DNA of 54,091 nucleotides from the NCBI GenBank assembly GCA_013153515.1, contig JAADEI010000081.1, positions 1 to 54,091 on the forward strand. The letters are read 5' to 3'. Under the pieces are notes generated by a model, which saw nothing but the letters and a program-made list of their open reading frames with translations, did no database searches and was not told where the DNA came from. This DNA comes from Chlorobiota bacterium (GTDB lineage: Bacteria > Bacteroidota > Bacteroidia > JAADEI01). A program made the position numbers and the translations under genes. Shown here piece after piece: positions 9,982 to 19,338 of this stretch (positions are counted from its first letter, which is position 1; each line of letters begins with the position of its first letter).

Positions 9982-10782
9982 CTAAAAATCTACTATCAAT
10001 GAGGCATTAAGGGAATACTGCAATTGTGGATATGTAGGCACCGGTTCAGTATCGTATAATACATAAAACCCATTAACAAATTTCACTTTTTTGTAAAGCG
10101 GGAACTCAAGACCAAAATCCCAATATAGCCTCCAATCAGAGATGCTAACAAGCGAAGGTTGGAAATATAACACTGATGTAATAACGATTGAAGATTCTGA
10201 CTTTAAGGAAAATGACAAATATGTGCTATTACGAATGGTTTGTATTACCGCTGTGGCAGTGTCCCTTATCACTCCCTCTTCGTATTCATACATTATCAAT
10301 GGACCCAAGAACAGGTTCCATGTTTCCTGTCTGATTACAACAATTCGTGGACCCAACCCGGAAGTATATCTATGTTTAATTCCTGTAACAGAGTTCTTTT
10401 GATACTGAACGAAGAGTTCAGAGACCACACGTTTCTCAAGCCATTTTTCCAGATTATACCTCAAGTGAACAACCAGTTTATCCCGAATCTTATCACCATC
10501 CACCAATTGAAGCATGAAGGAATTCATAAACAGAAACATGTGATTGCCTGTTCTGTATTGTGTGTGAAGGTCCAGCCCATATTTCTGAATATCATATGTG
10601 CTTTTGTGCAGGTTAAGTGAGAGTTTAAGTCTCCCTGCCCAGCCCTCCGTCTGTTTGAGCCTCAGGGCTTCAGCGTTAAGAATCTGTGCATTAGAGTCGG
10701 TAAATATACCGGAAAGGGTAATTAAACTTAGTGGAAGCAAACTATGGATAAACTTTCGTATTGTCATACTTGCTTCCCACAT
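9982..10782 (-). CDS. DUF481-type outer-membrane beta-barrel protein
   Basis: Signal peptide ending SNAQ, amphipathic strands, C-terminal Phe (LIVDF). Start may be 10767. Confidence 0.65.
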   Translation of the reverse strand: MWEASMTIRKFIHSLLPLSLITLSGIFTDSNAQILNAEALRLKQTEGWAGRLKLSLNLHKSTYDIQKYGLDLHTQYRTGNHMFLFMNSFMLQLVDGDKIRDKLVVHLRYNLEKWLEKRVVSELFVQYQKNSVTGIKHRYTSGLGPRIVVIRQETWNLFLGPLIMYEYEEGVIRDTATAVIQTIRNSTYLSFSLKSESSIVITSVLYFQPSLVSISDWRLYWDFGLEFPLYKKVKFVNGFYVLYDTEPVPTYPQLQYSLNASLIVDF

Positions 10783-11233
10783 ATCTGGCTATTTCCTCCA
10801 AATATCGGGCATCCACGTCATCAAAGGCAGCAAGATAATCAGAATCAACATCCAAAACACACCTAAGAACTCCCTCCGAATCAATAACCGGGACAACTAT
10901 TTCCGATTTCGTGGATTCCGAACAGGCAATATATCCCGGGAACTTAGTAACATCTGGAACAACATGTGTTTTCTTTAATTCAGCAGTTTTCCCACAAACT
11001 CCTTTTCCAAAAGGGATATGCAGGCAAGCCTGATGACCTTGATAGGGACCGACAATCAGCAAATCAGGCGAAACCACTCTGTAGAACCCGGTCCAGTGAT
11101 AGTGGTCAAAGGCGTGATGCAGGATGGCGGCGGTAGTGGACAGGATGCAAATCCAATCTGATTCCGGGTCAAGAACGCTTTTTATGTCCCGCAGCACTTT
11201 TGAGTAGGTTTGTTCTTTACGAAGTCTGTCCAT
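10742..11233 (-). CDS. msrC: GAF-domain free methionine-(R)-sulfoxide reductase
   Basis: WTGFY, VGPYQG, ACLHIPFGKGVCG, YIACS, SEIVVP, LDVDS. Confidence 0.85.
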   Translation of the reverse strand: MDRLRKEQTYSKVLRDIKSVLDPESDWICILSTTAAILHHAFDHYHWTGFYRVVSPDLLIVGPYQGHQACLHIPFGKGVCGKTAELKKTHVVPDVTKFPGYIACSESTKSEIVVPVIDSEGVLRCVLDVDSDYLAAFDDVDARYLEEIARYVGSKYDNTKVYP

Positions 11234-11236
11234 TGA

Positions 11237-12493
11237 TTATGTCTTTTTCTTTTTGGGTTTAGCGGCGGGAAACAGGACATTATTAAGGATTAGCCTATAT
11301 CCGGGCGAAGTGGGGTATTGTTTCAAGTCTGTTGGAGGATCTCCCACGAAGTGTTGATAATCTTCCGGGTCGTGCCCGCCATAAAAAGCGAAGAAACCCT
11401 TTCCGTATTGGGCGTAAATGTATCGTGCTTCGCCAGCCTGCCTATTCTCAGCAAGGATAGTAACATAGGGCTTAATTTTTGTTTTGTCAAATGCAGTGGT
11501 TTGACCCATGAATCCACGGATAACGTGAGTGTGGTTCTGTGTCAGCATTGTGGGGATGGGGTCCAACTTAGCAGAGAATTCAAAGAGAGTGAAATAATCC
11601 TTTTCTCTTGGGACCTTTCTCTTATTGGTCATATCAATATCAGAAAATTCATAGACGTATGGGTTGGTAATAACTCTAAAATTCCAGAATGCTAATGTTT
11701 TAGAGAAGTCAAGTTTTTCGTTGCAATCTGGGTCTGCGGGGTCTCCATCAAAAGGCGTCTCACAAATGTCTGTGTTTTCAGCGGCAAGGGCAATATCATA
11801 AGTGTCTGTTCCAGAGCACATAGCGAATAGGTATCCGCCACCAGCGACAAACTCCTTTATTTTCTTAGCGACAGCCAATTTTAATTCTGCGACCGAAGAG
11901 AACCCATGCTTCTTAGCAATGTTTGTTAGGAACTCCACCCGGGCTTGATACCAACGAGTGTGGGCATAGGCAGCATAGAATTTTCCGAATTGTCCAGTGA
12001 AATCTTCATGATGCAGATGCAACCAGTCGTAATTAGCCAGTTCACCAGCAAGGACTTCATCATCATAAATCTTCTCATAGGGAATGTCCGTAAATTCAAG
12101 GACTAACAGGACTGCGTCATCCCAAGGCTCTATGTCAGGGGGGGCATATACCGCTATCCGGGGGGCTTTCTCAAGCCTCATAACATCCATATTCACGTCC
12201 GGACGTGCTATGTAGTCCAGAATAGCCTGTCGTTGGGCTTCCGTAATGATTTCATAATTGACACCACGAAGGTCGCAGTCCAGCCGAGCCGTTTCGTCAT
12301 AGGGCATTAAGAACGAACCTCCTCTATAGTTCAACAGCCACTCAACAATGTTTCCTCTGGCAAGGGACCGATAGACCACTCCATAGGCTTGCAAATGTTG
12401 GGTTTGTTCATCATCCATGGGGATGAAAATATAGTTCTGAGCATAAGCATAGGCAGTCCAGACTGTTACCAACATAAATAGCAGGAACCTCAC
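11237..12493 (-). CDS. Conserved exported protein with class-I-glutamine-amidotransferase-like signature (often mislabelled asparagine synthetase B)
   Basis: GTG start, signal peptide (AYAYAQ), WLHLHHEDFTGQFGKF, nucleophile-elbow-like GGYLFAMCSGTD, GGHDPEDYQH. Confidence 0.65.
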   Translation of the reverse strand: MRFLLFMLVTVWTAYAYAQNYIFIPMDDEQTQHLQAYGVVYRSLARGNIVEWLLNYRGGSFLMPYDETARLDCDLRGVNYEIITEAQRQAILDYIARPDVNMDVMRLEKAPRIAVYAPPDIEPWDDAVLLVLEFTDIPYEKIYDDEVLAGELANYDWLHLHHEDFTGQFGKFYAAYAHTRWYQARVEFLTNIAKKHGFSSVAELKLAVAKKIKEFVAGGGYLFAMCSGTDTYDIALAAENTDICETPFDGDPADPDCNEKLDFSKTLAFWNFRVITNPYVYEFSDIDMTNKRKVPREKDYFTLFEFSAKLDPIPTMLTQNHTHVIRGFMGQTTAFDKTKIKPYVTILAENRQAGEARYIYAQYGKGFFAFYGGHDPEDYQHFVGDPPTDLKQYPTSPGYRLILNNVLFPAAKPKKKKT

Positions 12494-13893
12494 GGCTTGT
12501 CTCTTTTGCCTGAAATAAGCAGTATAAAGAACGTTATGACGGCAGACAGAAGTATGTGTTCAAAACTGAATTCATATCCCAATGAGTTTTCAACAAGTTG
12601 CTCTATGCCAAGGGTTAGCACGGGCGACAGGATTATAGCCAGCCACACCCATAAGGCACGGGGCGTCTTCAGTCCAAGCAGTGCATAAACAAACAATCCT
12701 AACAAAGGACCATAGAAATATGCCGAATATCTAAATAGCATGCTTATGACCGCATCGTTATGCAAGACAAAGAACACAGTTGCCATAACTCCTATTATCA
12801 TAGCCATTGAAAAATGGACAAGTTTTCTGTTCCAGCGTCCCTCCCGGTTGAAGTCCACCATCACGGAAGTGGTCAAGCCAGTGATGGCAGAGTCGGCACT
12901 GGACAGGGCAGCAGCAATCAATCCAATCAGGAACGCTATGCCCGCTATATCAGGCATGTGATTGATAGCCAAAGAAGGGAATAGGGCATCCGATTTTTCT
13001 GGTAATGGAATGGAAAAGTGATGAGCATAGCCGATTAGCACAAGCCCAAGAAACATAAAAACTGCATTAACAACAACAAGCAAAATAGAGAAAACAAACA
13101 CGTTTTTCTGAGAATCTTGCAGCGACGGACAAGATAAGTTCTTTTGCATCATGTCTTGGTCAAGACCAGTCATTACAACAGCAAACAACGCACCACTCAC
13201 AAAATACTTCCAGAAATATGATGGGCTATTAGGGTCCCAGTTGAAAACTTTGGCATTGGGCATACTCAAAAGGTCACTAACAGACAACTCAGCAACACTA
13301 AAAGCAACCCAAATTGTTATCAATAGTGCGAGTATCATAGCAATCGTTTGAATAACATCGGTCCAGACAATTGTTTTGATTCCGCCTTGAAAAGTGTATA
13401 GCCACATTATAACAACCAGAATCAAGACAAGCAATGGGAATGGAATGGACTTTCCGATGATAAACTCATACATAACAAATGCAACGATATATAACCTCAA
13501 GGAAGCACCTATCAACCGAGCAATCAGGAACAGGACAGCACCAGCACGACGACCGCTAACACCAAGCACTGGAACAAGCACTTCATAGACAGTAGTAACC
13601 TTGTTTTTGTAGTAAATCGGTAGTAGCACAAGGGCTATAATCCAATATCCCAGAACATATCCGAAGACCATTTGCATATAGTGCCAGTTGTTGGTAAGTG
13701 TCCAGCCGGGAACAGAGATAAAAGTTATTCCGGAAAGGGTTGTTCCGACCATTCCGAAAGCCACTGCCCACCACTTGCTCCCACGACCAGCAAGATAAAA
13801 ATCCATGTTAGTGCTTCCCTTGCCAAGGAAATATCCCACAAGGGTTAAAAAGCCAAGATATAATGCAATTGCTATGAGAAAACTAAAAATCAT
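12490..13893 (-). CDS. Sodium:solute symporter family permease
   Basis: About 13 hydrophobic segments; DFYLAGR, SGITFISVPG, GGIKTIVWTD, GLDQDMMQK, AAALSSADS. Confidence 0.92.
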   Translation of the reverse strand: MIFSFLIAIALYLGFLTLVGYFLGKGSTNMDFYLAGRGSKWWAVAFGMVGTTLSGITFISVPGWTLTNNWHYMQMVFGYVLGYWIIALVLLPIYYKNKVTTVYEVLVPVLGVSGRRAGAVLFLIARLIGASLRLYIVAFVMYEFIIGKSIPFPLLVLILVVIMWLYTFQGGIKTIVWTDVIQTIAMILALLITIWVAFSVAELSVSDLLSMPNAKVFNWDPNSPSYFWKYFVSGALFAVVMTGLDQDMMQKNLSCPSLQDSQKNVFVFSILLVVVNAVFMFLGLVLIGYAHHFSIPLPEKSDALFPSLAINHMPDIAGIAFLIGLIAAALSSADSAITGLTTSVMVDFNREGRWNRKLVHFSMAMIIGVMATVFFVLHNDAVISMLFRYSAYFYGPLLGLFVYALLGLKTPRALWVWLAIILSPVLTLGIEQLVENSLGYEFSFEHILLSAVITFFILLISGKRDKP

Positions 13894-15110
13894 CTCTTTG
13901 CTATTTCTTCTTTAATAACATTTGCAATGGTCAACAAAGCATATTCCAACTGGTCGTCTTCTATGATTGCCGGGGGATAGATTCTTATGCCTGTTTCAGC
14001 GAACAGGAACCAATCAACAATTATGTTATGCTTCTCAATAATTTTCCGAATAACTCTGTCGGTAAGATTTGCGTCAGGCAGATGAATAGCACCCATTATG
14101 CCTTCAATACTGATTTTCACGTTAGGCATATCGCCCAAGGTTTGGAATAAAGTGTTTTTCATAATCGTTTCCAATTGCGGGATTCGCTTAGAGAGAATAT
14201 CTTCTTCAATAAGAACTTTAAGTGTAGTCAGTCCCGCAGCACACGACACTGGATGCCCGCCATAAGTAGTTATGTGTCCAAAAGGGGGTTCCAACAAAAC
14301 ACTCATTATTTTCCTGCTTGAGATGAACGCACCAAGCGGGAAGCCTCCTCCGAGAGCCTTTGCAAGCACTAAAACATCAGGAACAACACCATATTTTTCA
14401 AATGCGAATAAGGATCCAGCACGCCCAAACCCGGTCTGCACCTCATCAAAGACCAGTAAAGCACCCTGTTCATCACACAATTTCCTTAACTGCATTAAAA
14501 ATTCTGGCTTAGCGGGAACAACACCAGCCTCTCCCTGAATAGGCTCCACAATAACACACGCCACATCTCCCTCCATCAACCGATCAACACTCTCTATGTC
14601 GTTAAACTCAGCATGATAAACCTCTGGCAACAAAGGTTCCATTCCTTTCACTATGTCTGAGTGGGAAGCCAAAGTCCACGATCCAAATGTTGAACCGTGA
14701 TAAGCGTTTTTGAAAGCAATTATTTTCTTTTTGCCCGTGAATCGCCGGGATAACTTAATTGCTGCATCTATGGCTTCACTGCCCGAATTAGTGAAAAACA
14801 CAGTGTTTAACGATGGGGGAAGAAGCGAAGTCAACTGTTTCGCATATTCCATTTGCACATCAAGGATAAAATCTCCATAAACCATCACATGGTCGTATCT
14901 ATCCACCTGTTTTTTGACAGCCTCCACGACCCTTGGATGCCTGTGACCTAAAATGTTTACAGCAATCCCGGAAATCAGGTCTAAATACTTCTTTCCGCCA
15001 CCATAAATGAACACTCCTTCAGCACGTTCAACAGGCACATTAAGGGGATGGGGGCTTGTGGGCAACAGCCCTGCCTTCTCCCACAGTTCCAAGTGTTGCA
15101 TTCTGACCAT
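13890..15110 (-). CDS. Class-III PLP-dependent aminotransferase (acetylornithine-aminotransferase-like)
   Basis: YLDLISGIAV, SGSEAIDAA, YHGST, EPIQGEAG, FDEVQTGFGR, LAKALGGG, TTYGGHP. Confidence 0.9.
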   Translation of the reverse strand: MVRMQHLELWEKAGLLPTSPHPLNVPVERAEGVFIYGGGKKYLDLISGIAVNILGHRHPRVVEAVKKQVDRYDHVMVYGDFILDVQMEYAKQLTSLLPPSLNTVFFTNSGSEAIDAAIKLSRRFTGKKKIIAFKNAYHGSTFGSWTLASHSDIVKGMEPLLPEVYHAEFNDIESVDRLMEGDVACVIVEPIQGEAGVVPAKPEFLMQLRKLCDEQGALLVFDEVQTGFGRAGSLFAFEKYGVVPDVLVLAKALGGGFPLGAFISSRKIMSVLLEPPFGHITTYGGHPVSCAAGLTTLKVLIEEDILSKRIPQLETIMKNTLFQTLGDMPNVKISIEGIMGAIHLPDANLTDRVIRKIIEKHNIIVDWFLFAETGIRIYPPAIIEDDQLEYALLTIANVIKEEIAKR

Positions 15111-15204
15111 ATTATTACAATATTAAAGCAATGGAGCTTTTGATATATGCAACCCTTTTGCATAAAGTTACGTTTCCTAATATAGGACCGACAAATCCAT
15201 TACC

Positions 15205-15780
15205 ATGGTTAATGGACTTAAATTGATGTTATCATTCTTTATAGTAATTCCTCTTTTGTCTTTAATGCTCCCCTTCCAAAAATTCAATGTTTCCTCTTCC
15301 CGTGGAATGGTTACTCTACACTGGGAAGGATTAGAACATCTTTCTCCCAAAAGAATAATTTTACTACGCAAGAAAAAGGGAAGTGGCAAATTCAAGGAAA
15401 CTTTTTCTGCCGATGCCTCAGTGGCTTCAACATACACATTCTCTGAAACCCTTGAATCGGGAACATATGTGTATAAACTGGTTGTGATTACAGAAAAAGG
15501 CAAAAAGAAAACTGTTGGGAAACATATTGTTAACATTGAAGAGACAGGAACAGCCCTTGTCAAATGGTCTGTTTCAGGAAACACTGTTCTTGTATTCTTT
15601 GTGGAACCATCTTCCGGAACCTACACAATCAAGGACGAGTCAGGAAACATAGTAATCAGACAACCATTTGACAATAAACTATTCTTAGAACTGGTATTCC
15701 CTGAAAAGAAGGGGGAATTTTCAATAACCATAGATATTGATGGCGGCCAATCTTCCACTTTTAGCGTCTATATCAACTAA
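15205..15780 (+). CDS. Exported hypothetical protein, two beta-sandwich (Fn3/Ig-like) domains
   Basis: N-terminal hydrophobic segment; VTLHW...YTF.E....GTYVYKL pattern; convergent with ung. Confidence 0.6.
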   Translation: MVNGLKLMLSFFIVIPLLSLMLPFQKFNVSSSRGMVTLHWEGLEHLSPKRIILLRKKKGSGKFKETFSADASVASTYTFSETLESGTYVYKLVVITEKGKKKTVGKHIVNIEETGTALVKWSVSGNTVLVFFVEPSSGTYTIKDESGNIVIRQPFDNKLFLELVFPEKKGEFSITIDIDGGQSSTFSVYIN

Positions 15781-16538
15781 GGAATTCGCCAGTCTATTGG
15801 ATCTTTACCAATTGATTCCAGGTAGTGATTTGCTTTTGAAAAATGCCTACATCCAAAAAATCCATATTTAGCGGAATAAGGCGAAGGATGAGCAGCCTTT
15901 AAAATTAAATGTTTGCGAGAATCAATGAGTCTTTCTTTTTCCTGTGCAAACTTTCCCCATAGCATAAACACAACTCCCTCCTTTAGCTCGCTTATTTTCC
16001 TAATAGTTGCATCAGTAAAGATTTCCCACCCTATTCCTCTGTGACTGCCGGGTTGTCCAGCCCTAACGGTCAGGATAGCATTGAGCAGGAACACTCCTCG
16101 CTTAGCCCAAGGCGTCAGATTGCCCGTTTTAGGAATGGGAATTCCAAGGTCATCATGTAGTTCTTTATAAATGTTTTGCAATGAAGGGGGAATGGGAACA
16201 TCATCTGGAACAGAGAAGCAAAGTCCCATTGCTTGACGGGGTCCGTGATATGGGTCCTGTCCTAAAATAACCACCTTAACTTGGTCAAAAGGCGTTTGGT
16301 TATAAGCATTGAAGATCAAAGGACCCGGCGGATATATAGTGTATCCTTTCTTCTTTTCCTCAATCAGGAATTGCTTTATGCGGGCAAAATAAGGCTTTTC
16401 AAATTCTTCTTTGAGGACCTCTTTCCATGATGGATGAATCTTTGGATCAACTTTAACTTTGCTTCCTTCATCTTGGTTTCCTGAAGTGGGTCCTTCCGGT
16501 TTCTTACTCAGGAAGTCAAATAAGGTTGGTTGCTTCAC
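15777..16538 (-). CDS. ung: Uracil-DNA glycosylase family 1 with N-terminal extension
   Basis: GQDPYH, PPSLQNI, LLNAILTV, FMLWG, HPSPYS. GTG start; no ATG/GTG/TTG lies between it and the catalytic domain. Confidence 0.96.
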   Translation of the reverse strand: MKQPTLFDFLSKKPEGPTSGNQDEGSKVKVDPKIHPSWKEVLKEEFEKPYFARIKQFLIEEKKKGYTIYPPGPLIFNAYNQTPFDQVKVVILGQDPYHGPRQAMGLCFSVPDDVPIPPSLQNIYKELHDDLGIPIPKTGNLTPWAKRGVFLLNAILTVRAGQPGSHRGIGWEIFTDATIRKISELKEGVVFMLWGKFAQEKERLIDSRKHLILKAAHPSPYSAKYGFFGCRHFSKANHYLESIGKDPIDWRIP

Positions 16539-16571
16539 TGCATTGGCTTTCAGCCCAGGAGATAAATTCTC

Positions 16572-17477
16572 TTACTTAACAAATAGCCCCTTCTTTAGCT
16601 CAAAGTCACCATATCCACCAATGTGTCCATCAATATAGACTTCAACTTGATATTTGCCGGGCAAGAATTCTTGTTTTTCCGTTTCTGGCCAGACGACACA
16701 GAGGTTTTTGTCTTCTCCAGTGTAGTCAAAAGTGATTTTTGTTGTATATTGAAGTTCTGCATTCATATCCAAGTCTTTGAATCTTCCCGAACCAAGGCTT
16801 TCGTCATAGAAAATTTGTTGAGCGGGACTAATTATTCTGACATAAGCGGTTTTTGTTCCGGGTTGTACGATTGGATGTTTGAGGACATCAAAACAAACCT
16901 GAATTTCTTTTGCTTTTTTGTAATTGTAAGTTTTTATCTTCTGACCTGCTTTTTCTTTAAAGCCCCATCCTTGGATGTTTCCCACTCTTAGCATCTGGCT
17001 TTTCTGAATCTTCTCTTCCAGTTGTTGCCTTCGTTGTTGTTCCTGTTCAAGATTTTGCTTCAATTGGACATTTTCTTGTGTCAACACTTCATTTGCCTTG
17101 GCAAGTGAGTCTATCGTAGCAAGCAATTTTTCACGTTCTGCTTTGATTTCGTTATATTTCTTTTTCAAAGAGAAGTAGCTACCCTTCCATCTTTTAATTT
17201 CGTTAAGCAATGAATCTAATTGTCTCTGTTTGGCTTCAATGAGGGCATTTAGCTCTTCATTTTTGCCTTTATAGCTTTCCAGTTCTTGTTTTAAAGCAGT
17301 CAATTCGCTTTCCAGTTGAGCTTTCAACTCCATTGTTTTGGTTAACTCTTCCTGTGTCTTTTGATGTTCTTTCTTAACCTTCATATTATTATAGTAAAGC
17401 ACGCTACTTAATCCGATAAACAGAAGCAAGAGAATTATCAGGACTACCCTCCCCTTGTTGCCTTTTCCCTCAGCCAT
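16572..17477 (-). CDS. Membrane-anchored coiled-coil protein with C-terminal beta domain (conserved hypothetical)
   Basis: TM helix at residues 10-27, about 130 aa of heptad pattern, then a beta-rich domain (VCFDV, LPGKYQVEVY); own -7 promoter. Confidence 0.7.
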   Translation of the reverse strand: MAEGKGNKGRVVLIILLLLFIGLSSVLYYNNMKVKKEHQKTQEELTKTMELKAQLESELTALKQELESYKGKNEELNALIEAKQRQLDSLLNEIKRWKGSYFSLKKKYNEIKAEREKLLATIDSLAKANEVLTQENVQLKQNLEQEQQRRQQLEEKIQKSQMLRVGNIQGWGFKEKAGQKIKTYNYKKAKEIQVCFDVLKHPIVQPGTKTAYVRIISPAQQIFYDESLGSGRFKDLDMNAELQYTTKITFDYTGEDKNLCVVWPETEKQEFLPGKYQVEVYIDGHIGGYGDFELKKGLFVK

Positions 17478-17493
17478 AACTATTTCTTTTTTG

Positions 17494-17501
17494 CAAAGTT
17501 A
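17494..17501 (-). promoter_or_regulatory. -7 promoter element TAACTTTG
   Basis: Plus strand CAAAGTTA, read as TAACTTTGCA on the minus strand, 16 nt upstream of ATG 17477. Confidence 0.7.
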
Positions 17502-17521
17502 CGAAAGAAAAATTTAATGGA

Positions 17522-18370
17522 TTACCATTTTTGACGTTGTTGCCACTTCCATCTTAGGAAAATGGCTACCCCATTCAGCAAGAAAACCAATCCTAAAAGG
17601 ACGATTATTGCAGCGGCGGCGGTCACTATGAACCCATGTTGTGGTCTAGAGACCCAATTAAATATTTGCACAGGCAGGGCAGTGAAGTCGTCAAAGGGTC
17701 CCTTAGGCAAGAAAGCAATAAACCCAGCAGCACCAATGACAAGAATTGGGGCGGTCTCTCCCACTGCTCGGGACAGGGCAAGGATGACGCCAGTGGCAAT
17801 GCCGGGACCGGCAGCCGGCAGCACCTGATGCCAAACTGTTTGCCAGCGTGTTGCTCCCAAAGCCAGTGCTGCCTCCCTGATAGTATTTGGAACAGCCCGT
17901 AGTGCTTCCCTAGCAGCGACTATGACAACAGGCAGGATAAGTAAGGCTAGTGTCGCCGCTCCACTAATCAGGGTTGGTCCCCAACCAAACCATCTAACAA
18001 AGAATTGCAATCCAAGAAGACCGTAAATTACTGACGGAACACCAGAAAGGTTATAAATCGTGAATTCTATTATCGTTGCCCATTTGCCCGGTTTCATAAA
18101 CTCCTCAAGGAATATGGCGGCAGAAACACCTATTGGAACAGTAATAATTAAGGTCAAGACAAAAAGCCAGAACGTTCCCAATAATGCGGGTAAGATGCCT
18201 GCCTTCTCAGGGAATCTGGATGGATAGCCCAACAAGAAATCAAGGTTCAGACGTTCCAAGCCAAGTTTTAGAGTAACACCAATGAACAATGCCAGGATAA
18301 AAAGGCTAACAACCGTTACTGTCCATCCCATCATCCCAAAAAGCCTATCTATTATTCTTGCCTTTTTCAT
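17522..18370 (-). CDS. pstA: Phosphate ABC transporter permease PstA
   Basis: PEKAGILPALLGT, AIFLEEF, LSGVPSVIYGLLG, EALRAVP, EAALALGATRWQ, RAVGETAP. Confidence 0.95.
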   Translation of the reverse strand: MKKARIIDRLFGMMGWTVTVVSLFILALFIGVTLKLGLERLNLDFLLGYPSRFPEKAGILPALLGTFWLFVLTLIITVPIGVSAAIFLEEFMKPGKWATIIEFTIYNLSGVPSVIYGLLGLQFFVRWFGWGPTLISGAATLALLILPVVIVAAREALRAVPNTIREAALALGATRWQTVWHQVLPAAGPGIATGVILALSRAVGETAPILVIGAAGFIAFLPKGPFDDFTALPVQIFNWVSRPQHGFIVTAAAAIIVLLGLVFLLNGVAIFLRWKWQQRQKW

Positions 18371-19263
18371 CGCTTAATCATTGCCATTTTTCTTCTCACA
18401 TAGAAGCTCAGGGAAGTGGCTATGGATGTTAAAATGAACAGCACGAGAGCGGCTGCAAACACAGTGCGATATTCCAGTGAATCATGTGGGACGTCTCCCA
18501 TAGTAACCTGAACGATATAAGCAGTGATTGTTTCTACTGGTTGGCGGGGATCGAAAGTGAGGATAGGGAATTGACCAGCAGCTATAGTAACGATCATTGT
18601 TTCTCCGAATGCTCTGGCGATAGCAAGCATTATAGCGGCAACAATACCATAACTGGCAGCAGGGATTAGAACTTTGAAAGCCGTTTGGAATCTGGTTGCT
18701 CCAAGTCCATAGGCAGCTTCCCGTAGTGACCTCGGAACGCTTTTAATAGCATCATCAGTTAAACTAGCGATCATAGGAAGGATCATCATTCCCATAACTA
18801 AACCTGCGGATAAAGCGTTAAAGGATTGCAGGTCAGGGATTATTTTTTGTAATGCAGGCGTAACTATCAACAGGGCGAAATATCCATACACTACTGTTGG
18901 GACCAATGCCAACAACTCAATGATTGGTTTCACTACGTTTCTCACTCGGGAAGAAACATATTCATTTAAGAAGACGGCTATGGTTATGCCTGCCGGAATG
19001 GCTACAGCCAATGCTATAACAGAGGTTAGCAAAGTTCCGACCAATAATGGTAAAATGCCATAATGTTTTTGTGTAAATAAGGGGGTCCATTGAGTGTCGG
19101 TTAAAAACTCAATTATTGACACTTCTTTAAAGAAGGGGATCGCTTCGCTGAAGATGATATATATAATCGAAAATGTAACTATGACAGAAATGCTTGTTGC
19201 TAAAAACAGTATAAAGACTATGATTTTTTCAATAATCCTGTTTAATCGTTGTCTTCCTCCCAC
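18367..19263 (-). CDS. pstC: Phosphate ABC transporter permease PstC
   Basis: FLTDTQWTP, YGILPLLVGT, IELLALVPTVVYG, REAAYGLGATR, ARAFGETMIV; GTG start. Confidence 0.95.
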   Translation of the reverse strand: MGGRQRLNRIIEKIIVFILFLATSISVIVTFSIIYIIFSEAIPFFKEVSIIEFLTDTQWTPLFTQKHYGILPLLVGTLLTSVIALAVAIPAGITIAVFLNEYVSSRVRNVVKPIIELLALVPTVVYGYFALLIVTPALQKIIPDLQSFNALSAGLVMGMMILPMIASLTDDAIKSVPRSLREAAYGLGATRFQTAFKVLIPAASYGIVAAIMLAIARAFGETMIVTIAAGQFPILTFDPRQPVETITAYIVQVTMGDVPHDSLEYRTVFAAALVLFILTSIATSLSFYVRRKMAMIKR

Positions 19264-19281
19264 TTCCTCTTTATCTCACTG

Positions 19282-19332
19282 CAAACATAAGACGTTTTAG
19301 TTTTTTGATCGGCTTCGATTTCCCTACCTTTG
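19282..19332. promoter_or_regulatory. Divergent promoter pair: TATGTTTG (minus, 19282-19289, pstCA) and TACCTTTG (plus, 19325-19332, EEP-SBP-rgy)
   Basis: Two exact TAnnTTTG matches facing outward in the 75-nt intergenic gap. Confidence 0.7.
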
Positions 19333-19338
19333 TAAAGG

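Noticed and set aside
16572-17477. Coiled-coil protein as SMC
   Set aside because: No Walker motifs or hinge; membrane-anchored and only 301 aa.
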